Shown here: positions 37,186 to 44,125 of the stretch, piece by piece
How positions within the stretch are numbered: the stretch's first letter is position 1
Layout: each line of letters opens with the position of its first letter
Virus record (IMG/VR): IMGVR_UViG_3300008255_000198
Span: 1-44,125 of that record
Direction: 5' to 3' (one strand)
Length of the DNA stretch: 44,125 nt
DNA from: a virus
Taxonomy: Duplodnaviria; Caudoviricetes
The notes under the pieces: generated by a model
The model's database searches: none
What the model was told of the DNA's origin: nothing
Seen by the model: the letters and a program-made list of their open reading frames with translations, nothing else
Translations under genes and position numbers: made by a program

Positions 37186-40100
37186 CATAGCCGTGCCAGA
37201 GCCTATACCCCTACTGCCAGGTGAGGTATTGGGTAAGCCGATAATAGAGGTAGGCCAACAACAACAGCCTACTGCTAGTAGTGTTCCTTTACTTCCAGGT
37301 GAGGTGTTAGGTAAGCCGATGGTGAATATGGAAGCTATTACACCTAGCCCTACTGCTGCTGCGGCTGCTGTTACTGCTCCAACACCAGCATCCATAGCAC
37401 AAGTCAAACCTACAACACCTATGTTTCCATCGGCACAACGGGCTGGAGAGCTGGCTAAGTCTGGCTTAGCTTCTAGCGTACTTGCGATTGGCATACAAGA
37501 TGAAGAAAATTTTCTTCGCGGGTTAGAAAAAGATAGAGCAGCCAGAATGGGTATTAGCTCTGATCCTATGAGTCTTGTTGAGCCTTACAGGCCTTACCAA
37601 GTTCCAACGGTTGAGATGCCTTCACCAAATTATCCTGGGCCACCTTATGTTAATGAGTTATCAAACGTAGGTGTAGAACTATTAAGAAATGCAATAGAAA
37701 CACCTACTCAAGGTGCTATTACAGTTCCTTCTATACCAGAGTTTGCACAGCGGCCTATTGCAGAGGCACGTAAGAAAGCCCTTAATATAAAACCTCCATC
37801 TGGTATAGCTGAAAGAGTAATCCAGAATGTTCCTGCAATGGCCGCTGACTTACCAACTATGTTTGGGGCTGGTGCAGCCACACCTGGCCCTCCACCTGTG
37901 AAGGTAGCGGCTGCTTTAGCCGCCCCAACTTTGATTAAATATCTAAATGGTGAGGCTACCCTAAATGACGTAGCTTGGTCCGCTAGTACTGGTGCTGCAA
38001 TAGGCAGCTTCGGTATGGTGCCAGCATATGGTATAATAGAAAAGACAGTTAAGGCACTTGGTGATATTTTATTATATAGCGAATCCGCTGCATTACAAGA
38101 GGGTAAATATGCTCCCTCACTAGAAGACCTAGCTGTGACGGCTATAACCCTTGCACCGATAGCTCTAGCCCATGTGGTGGCCGGACCAAGAGGTAGAGGT
38201 ACAGAGCCTGTAGGTGCAGAGCCAAAACCAAAGCCTTCTGAGACTCCTCCTCAGGTTGAACCTGCTATTATAGAGATTCCTACAAAATCTAAAACCGAGA
38301 TACCTAAGGTTGTAGAGAGAGTACCGCAGCCTCGTAATACTAAGGCCGCTAAGGATTTCTATGAAAATGTAATGAGGCCTGTTAGACCAGCTGAACCTAT
38401 TGAAGTTCCTAGACCCTCATTGAGGGGGGAGGTAAATAGGCTAAGTAGTGAGTATAGAAATATAATCAAACCAACACAAGGAGAACCTAGCCATGCCAAA
38501 GAAACTAGAGCACCAATTGAAACGGAAAGCCAGCAAGAAGCACCTAAAGGGCAAACGGAAGAACGCCTACGTATACGGAACACTCCGGAAGACAGGGTGG
38601 AAGCCGAACAAGTAGCACCAATAAAAACTCCTCCTTCACGTCTGCCGGCTGAGTTTGCGGCACCTTTGGTTCAGCCCGCTCCGTTAGTGCCAAAAGAAAC
38701 TCCTCCCCCACAACCTTTGGCTCAACCCACTCCGCCGCGGGAAATAGTTGAGCTACAACAGAGCGTGGTGGGGGAGGAGCCTAAACTTGAGCCATCTGAA
38801 TTAGTTCCTGGCAAGGCTGCCGCTACTCCGCAAGAGGTAGCAAATCGACTGGGCCTTAGATTTGATGCTGAGGTTGACTACCCCGATGCTAAGTACCGAT
38901 GGATCGTAACTGACCCGGATAGTCCTGCTAATAAGGCCACCTTCTACACAGAAAAAGCTGACCTTGAAAGTGTGATGGGTAGGCTAGAGGAGAAAGAGGC
39001 TGAGTTTTCTGAGCAACCTGAGATTAAGCAACCTGAGATTAAGACTGAGATTAAGCCTGAACTTAAGTCTATGACCAATACCGAGTTTAATGCTAAGTTT
39101 GAGGCTCTGAATAAAGCGTATAGGGATGCAAGGGCCAAATTTGTTGCCCTGTATGAGGATGGTGGTAAGATTGCTCTTATAAGGTATAGAAATAATAGAG
39201 GTATTCCTAGTACAGAGGAAGCTAAGGCAGAGGACCTTATCCACGGTCTAATAACTCTGGAGGCTAATGAGGCCTTCTTGGGTAACAAGCCTCCAACCGT
39301 TGAAGAGGTTCTTGGAAAACAGACACCGAAACCTAAGGCAAAGGGGCCGAAACCTAAGAAGCCTCCGCAAGGTCCTGCTCCTGCTTCTTATTTTCACTTT
39401 GCCCCCGATGAGATATTTAGTGGTTTCAAGCGTGTACATGGAGCGGTAAAAAAAGCTGCACAGCGGATGGAACGGGTTGTAGATATGGGTAGATCCTTAA
39501 ATCATGAGCGGCAGAAGGCAATAGCTAGGGAGGCAGCTAAGAGCCTAAATAGAGGTATATTCTCACCTAGTGTTAATATAGAAAATATCTTAGATCGCTC
39601 TCCTGTCACAAACCGTATATTGTGGAGTTTTGAACTAACTAGAGGTAGCTCTCCTATAGTGGACCATTTAGTTAAGGATGTATATAATGAGTCCTATAAA
39701 GACTTATCATGGAAAGAAGGTGACGCATTAAATATCTTTGCCTCTATGAAGCGTACATCTGAGTTAGAGAAGCAAGGTAGACTAAAAATACCTGAGAAGG
39801 GTGCTAAGGTAGGTGATGCTTCTAGTTGGTTGGAGGCCCTAAATAAAGCTAATCCTTCGTTGTACACTAAGTTAGAGGAGCACTATCAGCCTATTAAAGC
39901 TGCTAATAGATACCTATTAGATTTTAGTAATAAACATGGTTTACTAATGCCTGAAGAATACAATGCCCTTAAGAGACTAGGTGGTAATTATTCCGTCCGG
40001 CAGTTTTTGAAATATATAGATGGTAAGGTGGTCTCTTATAGTAGGCAAATACCTAGGCTGGGGGCAAAAATCAGTATAGGCGAAAGTGGCTTTAAACACC

Positions 40101-42211
40101 TAAACGCTGGTGATATGTCATACCTAGAGAGAGACCAACTTAGGCTACTTAATGAGGCTGGTAGGCGTATTGTTGGTCGTGCGCTTAAGAATAGGGCATC
40201 AATGGCATTATGGGAATTTACTAGAGATAATCCTAAAATGGCACTAAAGCAGTTTGGTTTTAGGATTGTAAAGCCTATACGTGCTATTAAGGGTAAAGCT
40301 GGCCGATATATTTGGCCTACACCAAAGAGTGGAGAGGCGCTTATAGAGGCATTAGATAAGGGTGACCAGCGTGGAGTGATGGTGCCTGCCAGCTTTGCGG
40401 ATGAATGGCATGTAGTTGACCCTAATCTTAACAAACAGGCGCTTAACCTTATTGGTTGGTTATCCGGTGCAAAGGAATTTAAAGTTGGTGCAACAGGAGT
40501 GTTGACTCCTTTCTTCTTTCTTGGTAACTTGCCGAGAGACTACCAATTTACTGTTATTAGGAATCCTGACTTAGTAGGTGTTAATCCTATAACCGGAACC
40601 GGGCGCATGATAGCTAGTTATATAAACACCTTTTCTGATGCTGCCCGGGAAAAGGGCCTATATGATATAATGAGAGAAGAAGGTGGGTCTTTGGAGTTTC
40701 TAGCCACCCAAGGCCACATGACCACTAAAGCATTTGGTGCTTTTAGGGATATTGAGGGTGTGATAGGTAAAATTAACAGGGCCTCAGAAATATGGACCCG
40801 TCTTGTTGTGATGGATAGGGTAATAAAGGCTCGTGCTGAAGAGAGGGGAATTAGCTATGATGATGCCGCAAAGGATCCAGATATACAAATGGAGGCTGCA
40901 TATAGGGCTAGAACTAATATAGACTTTGGTCGTTCTGGTAGTGTAGGCCGTACAGTTGAGGCATTTTCACCTTATACAACTGCTGGCCTAGCCGCTGTAG
41001 ACGGAATGCGTAGAGGTATACGTAGTGATGCGTATCGTAGGGCAAGGGAAAGAGGAGGAGCTAAGCCTGATATAGGTGATTACACTTACCGTAATCGGGT
41101 ACTTTGGAATTTAGCCTCCGTTACTGCATTAATGGTTTCAGCTGGGCTGGTTTCTAGGCTTAGACACCCACGGGCTTACGAGGAAACCAGTATGTATGAT
41201 AAGGTGAATTACTTACCTATTTATACAGGTTTGTGGTATAAAGATGAAAATGGAGATAAGAGGTATATATATTTTCGTCTAGCCAAAGATCAAAGTGTAC
41301 GAGCTACATCGGTGTTAGCGGATGCTATGATAGACCATTTCCTAGGCTATGAAATAGACACTGATGCTATTAAGGAAGGATTAGCTAATATCTGGGTAGT
41401 ATCTCCTACCTCTATAATGCCCCCAATGGCTAAGTCTTTGTATGGACTAAATAAGGATTGGGATTTAAACAAGGGTAAATCTATCGGCCTGTCTAATGTA
41501 TATGGTAAAGAGGACTGGGATGAGAAGACTAAGGAGATGTACAAGGAGTTAGGAAAGCACCTTGATATTAGTCCTAATAAGGTACAGGCAGCAGTTGAGT
41601 CCCTTATTACCAACAATGATGTACTAAAGTCGGTAAATATGCTAACGGAGATGTGGAATAAACCTATTAGTGATGAAGAGATGGAGAAATTTGGTAAGAA
41701 ATGGTACGAGGAGATTCAGAATATTCCTGGTTTAAGTCGCCTTGTAGGTGTAACTGATCCCAATACACCGGAGTATGAGACTACATATAAGGCTAGGGAG
41801 GCTTTATCCACTAAAAGAATAGCTATAGGTAGAGACGTAGATGCCTTGGTAGATTCACTCGTGGCAAAAGACAAACGGGGGATTAATATTAGAGGTTTAG
41901 ATGAGAAGGATACTCCGTTCTCTTATATAAAGAAGCTAGAAAATAAGAATGACCAATCCTTCGCACAAGAACGTGCAGTAGCCTACTGGCGGGCTAAGGT
42001 GCTAAATTTAGGTGAATATTGGGAAACACTTAGAGACCTGCCACCAGATATTAGGGAGGCTAACTACCTCAGCAAAGCAGCCCGCCTAAAGAAGTCAGAC
42101 CCGAAGGGTTATAAAGACTTTATGTTTAAGTTGACTTTATACCTACAACCAACAGAGAATCCAGAAGTGCTAGAAAATGTCCGTCAGTGGCTTAAGGATA
42201 GAGGTAAATAA
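37154..42211 (+). CDS. Large internal virion/ejection (polyvalent-type) protein, 1685 aa
   Basis: Duplicated N-terminal PLLPGEVLGKP, Pro/Glu-rich linker, helical C-terminal region (NLPRD, IDFGRSG, FSPY) like LPD38-type proteins. Confidence 0.8.
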   Translation: MKEDYTLGTSSIAVPEPIPLLPGEVLGKPIIEVGQQQQPTASSVPLLPGEVLGKPMVNMEAITPSPTAAAAAVTAPTPASIAQVKPTTPMFPSAQRAGELAKSGLASSVLAIGIQDEENFLRGLEKDRAARMGISSDPMSLVEPYRPYQVPTVEMPSPNYPGPPYVNELSNVGVELLRNAIETPTQGAITVPSIPEFAQRPIAEARKKALNIKPPSGIAERVIQNVPAMAADLPTMFGAGAATPGPPPVKVAAALAAPTLIKYLNGEATLNDVAWSASTGAAIGSFGMVPAYGIIEKTVKALGDILLYSESAALQEGKYAPSLEDLAVTAITLAPIALAHVVAGPRGRGTEPVGAEPKPKPSETPPQVEPAIIEIPTKSKTEIPKVVERVPQPRNTKAAKDFYENVMRPVRPAEPIEVPRPSLRGEVNRLSSEYRNIIKPTQGEPSHAKETRAPIETESQQEAPKGQTEERLRIRNTPEDRVEAEQVAPIKTPPSRLPAEFAAPLVQPAPLVPKETPPPQPLAQPTPPREIVELQQSVVGEEPKLEPSELVPGKAAATPQEVANRLGLRFDAEVDYPDAKYRWIVTDPDSPANKATFYTEKADLESVMGRLEEKEAEFSEQPEIKQPEIKTEIKPELKSMTNTEFNAKFEALNKAYRDARAKFVALYEDGGKIALIRYRNNRGIPSTEEAKAEDLIHGLITLEANEAFLGNKPPTVEEVLGKQTPKPKAKGPKPKKPPQGPAPASYFHFAPDEIFSGFKRVHGAVKKAAQRMERVVDMGRSLNHERQKAIAREAAKSLNRGIFSPSVNIENILDRSPVTNRILWSFELTRGSSPIVDHLVKDVYNESYKDLSWKEGDALNIFASMKRTSELEKQGRLKIPEKGAKVGDASSWLEALNKANPSLYTKLEEHYQPIKAANRYLLDFSNKHGLLMPEEYNALKRLGGNYSVRQFLKYIDGKVVSYSRQIPRLGAKISIGESGFKHLNAGDMSYLERDQLRLLNEAGRRIVGRALKNRASMALWEFTRDNPKMALKQFGFRIVKPIRAIKGKAGRYIWPTPKSGEALIEALDKGDQRGVMVPASFADEWHVVDPNLNKQALNLIGWLSGAKEFKVGATGVLTPFFFLGNLPRDYQFTVIRNPDLVGVNPITGTGRMIASYINTFSDAAREKGLYDIMREEGGSLEFLATQGHMTTKAFGAFRDIEGVIGKINRASEIWTRLVVMDRVIKARAEERGISYDDAAKDPDIQMEAAYRARTNIDFGRSGSVGRTVEAFSPYTTAGLAAVDGMRRGIRSDAYRRARERGGAKPDIGDYTYRNRVLWNLASVTALMVSAGLVSRLRHPRAYEETSMYDKVNYLPIYTGLWYKDENGDKRYIYFRLAKDQSVRATSVLADAMIDHFLGYEIDTDAIKEGLANIWVVSPTSIMPPMAKSLYGLNKDWDLNKGKSIGLSNVYGKEDWDEKTKEMYKELGKHLDISPNKVQAAVESLITNNDVLKSVNMLTEMWNKPISDEEMEKFGKKWYEEIQNIPGLSRLVGVTDPNTPEYETTYKAREALSTKRIAIGRDVDALVDSLVAKDKRGINIRGLDEKDTPFSYIKKLENKNDQSFAQERAVAYWRAKVLNLGEYWETLRDLPPDIREANYLSKAARLKKSDPKGYKDFMFKLTLYLQPTENPEVLENVRQWLKDRGK
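38493..38615 (+). CDS. Nested +1-frame small basic protein MPKKLEHQLKRKASKKHLKGKRKNAYVYGTLRKTGWKPNK
   Basis: AAGGAG SD 9 nt upstream; 40 aa, very Lys/Arg-rich. Confidence 0.7.
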   Translation: MPKKLEHQLKRKASKKHLKGKRKNAYVYGTLRKTGWKPNK

Positions 42212-42212
42212 T

Positions 42213-42962
42213 ATGGTTACTAATAAAAATGAGGAGTTGCGTGGTAGTGGTAATGTACCTAGAGAACCAGGACCTGGGTCTAATTTTGGTCCTAACTTAG
42301 CACAGGCGCTAGCTAACTTTATAGGGGCCAGGACCTCTAATCGTGCTGTTGGAAATAATAAGCAACCAACACAAATTACTGGAACTACAACGGGTACACC
42401 AGCTGTAAGTGGATCTCAGTATTGGGATGGATCTCAGTACCAAGCGAACACACCAGGTATTGGCTCAACAATACCTCAGTGGCATGGACGCCTTAATAGC
42501 ATGGTTCAAGGTAATATTAATAGGGGTGGCTTATCTCCAGAACAAATGATAGGAGTGTTACAACCATTTATTAGTGGTGGCCAACAAAGCCGGGGTGGCA
42601 GTAGCGGAATTAGTGGCTTATTTATGAATGCCCTTGGTAGTCTATTTAGTGGGCTTAGTGGCTCAACAGGAACACCTAATAGAGGTAGCACTGGTTTTGG
42701 CGGTGGTTTTGGCGGTGGTATATATCCACAAACTGTAGACCAGCCAAATGAGACCGGCCTTGGGCCAAGTGGACCCGGAAATATTGGTGGTGGATATAAT
42801 GCCTATACTGGACAGTATGGTTACGGATTGAATTATGGTCCAATACTTGGCGCTATGGTTGCAGGAGAAGGTCCGGTTAATAGTAGAGTCCGTGACTACT
42901 ATCGTGGTCCTAGTCGGGCTCCGTTTGCTCAGACTCATGGAGCACAGGAACGTCAATACTAG
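42213..42962 (+). CDS. Gly/Asn/Gln-rich low-complexity protein (possibly ejected)
   Basis: GAGGT SD before ATG 42213. Confidence 0.75.
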   Translation: MVTNKNEELRGSGNVPREPGPGSNFGPNLAQALANFIGARTSNRAVGNNKQPTQITGTTTGTPAVSGSQYWDGSQYQANTPGIGSTIPQWHGRLNSMVQGNINRGGLSPEQMIGVLQPFISGGQQSRGGSSGISGLFMNALGSLFSGLSGSTGTPNRGSTGFGGGFGGGIYPQTVDQPNETGLGPSGPGNIGGGYNAYTGQYGYGLNYGPILGAMVAGEGPVNSRVRDYYRGPSRAPFAQTHGAQERQY

Positions 42963-42963
42963 A

Positions 42964-42988
42964 ACCGTGTACAATTATTTTACACGGT
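42964..42988. promoter_or_regulatory. Dispersed palindrome copy 11, at the convergence of the two arms
   Basis: ACCGTGTACAATTATTTTACACGGT; contains the minus-strand stop and lies 1 nt from the plus-strand stop. Confidence 0.9.
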
Positions 42989-44125
42989 TTCATTACCCTC
43001 ATTCTCTATATGCCTAACCACTGTAACACCACTAGACAACTCCATTTTGCAAAATCCTATTTTCTCAAACGTTTGCATGATACCAAGTAGGTCATCCCTA
43101 GATACGTCAGTTAGGTAACGTTTTTGCAGCACGCTTAATGGCATCACACCTGCTGATGCTATATCTGCCATAAGTTGTGGAAACAGAACTGCATTATTTA
43201 TCATACCATAACCTCTATATACCTTCTCCATATATCTCTCAGTCCATTCTAGTATCTTGAGTGCCCTATCATGTATGTCTCCATCCAATATCATGGAGTC
43301 ATCCCGGCTAGCACTTATAGCCATTCCTATTTTAAGTAGATGAGTAGCTCTTCTGCCAATGTAACCAAGGAATCGATAATCCATATCTGGTGGGTGTATA
43401 TCTTGTTGGCGCCGCCAAGCTATGCGCTTTTCTAGGTAGCTGGCATCCATACTAAATGCACCACTTAATTGAGCTATGATGCTAAGATCATAGGACAAGT
43501 CCTCAAATAGGGCTAGTTCTTTCGGTGTTCGTATGGGTACATCTACAATCTTACCCTTTCTTTCTGCATGGACGAATATAATACGGCTAGTCAATCCACC
43601 ACCTACAGCTAAGTCTGGTAGAGAAATTTGCAGGGCAGATGGAGTTGTAGCACCAATCAAATTAACACATACACCATGTACAATATCCTCACCACGGCTT
43701 ATAGTTTCATAACTCCAGGGGTCCCTACAATCATACCAGTCTGTGAGGGCACTTAGGAACTGTGGATTGTTATGACCTAAAAATACCGAGAGCTCCTGGC
43801 TCCAAACAGTTATGGAGGCGTGTCTATGTGGTATACCATCCTTAGATATATCCACCGTATTACATTGTTTCATCTTTCGGATTAGCGCCTCCCTAGTAAT
43901 AGACTCGGCTGCTAATCTAACGGAACGTTCACCTAATAATAACTCTAAGCAAGGACCCATAGCTGTACCTTTTCGACAGCTACTAGGTCCTACTAATACA
44001 ACAAACATATTTGGATAAATATCTTTTTCCCATGTTACCCAACATTTTCTTTGTAGGACGGCAGCTATTGTGGATAACCCTGCCCATAACTTGTATAACT
44101 CCGGCGGCTCCGTATTATCCATATA
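42980..44125 (-). CDS. DUF3987-like P-loop NTPase (putative replicative helicase-like); starts at 168 across the origin
   Basis: YPNMFVVLVGPSSCRKGT, TREAL, ELSVFL, NLIGATTP, GGLTSRIIFV. Confidence 0.8.
   Translation of the reverse strand, partial: YMDNTEPPELYKLWAGLSTIAAVLQRKCWVTWEKDIYPNMFVVLVGPSSCRKGTAMGPCLELLLGERSVRLAAESITREALIRKMKQCNTVDISKDGIPHRHASITVWSQELSVFLGHNNPQFLSALTDWYDCRDPWSYETISRGEDIVHGVCVNLIGATTPSALQISLPDLAVGGGLTSRIIFVHAERKGKIVDVPIRTPKELALFEDLSYDLSIIAQLSGAFSMDASYLEKRIAWRRQQDIHPPDMDYRFLGYIGRRATHLLKIGMAISASRDDSMILDGDIHDRALKILEWTERYMEKVYRGYGMINNAVLFPQLMADIASAGVMPLSVLQKRYLTDVSRDDLLGIMQTFEKIGFCKMELSSGVTVVRHIENEGNETV
44003..44125. repeat. Terminal direct repeat (copy of 1-123)
   Basis: Exact match. 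Confidence 0.97.

Noticed and set aside
4935-42988. Dispersed palindromes as intrinsic terminators or as canonical parS/dif/LexA/CRP sites
   Set aside because: AT-rich stems with a 1-nt loop, non-compensatory changes and no U-tract; sequence and spacing do not match those consensus motifs as I know them
146-44002. Stop-codon reassignment suggested by TAG richness
   Set aside because: Long conserved genes are intact under the standard code and TAG, TAA and TGA all end genes at tight junctions

Overview
The window is a complete, circularly assembled tailed-phage genome with podovirus-like architecture. Bases 1-123 repeat exactly at 44003-44125, giving a unit length of about 44.0 kb. There are two divergent arms. 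The minus-strand arm (about 16.5 kb down through the origin to 43.0 kb) carries early/accessory genes, a Sak4-like ATPase, a PD-(D/E)XK nuclease, an SSB-like protein, a ParB-HTH-DNA methyltransferase fusion, a UDG-fused family A DNA polymerase and a DUF3987-like NTPase spanning the origin. The plus-strand arm (17.4-43.0 kb) carries TerS, receptor-binding-like proteins, GH108 endolysin, TerL, portal, scaffold, major capsid, tail and ejection proteins. I saw no integrase, tRNA or CRISPR array. Most notable: (1) a 25-bp palindrome (core CGTGTAHAATWATTDTACACG) in 11 full copies plus 1 partial, all at gene boundaries, possibly parS-like sites for the ParB-MTase; (2) two tandem gene pairs, each a small beta-rich protein coupled to a low-complexity protein, one acidic and one basic; (3) a sigma54 promoter with IHF-like and enhancer-like sites, a boxB/boxA-like element and a G-U-conserved 26-bp RNA stem bracketing the first early gene; (4) twin sigma70 promoters that look leaderless; (5) a small basic gene nested inside the largest ejection protein. 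All family assignments come from reading motifs by eye; no searches were run.
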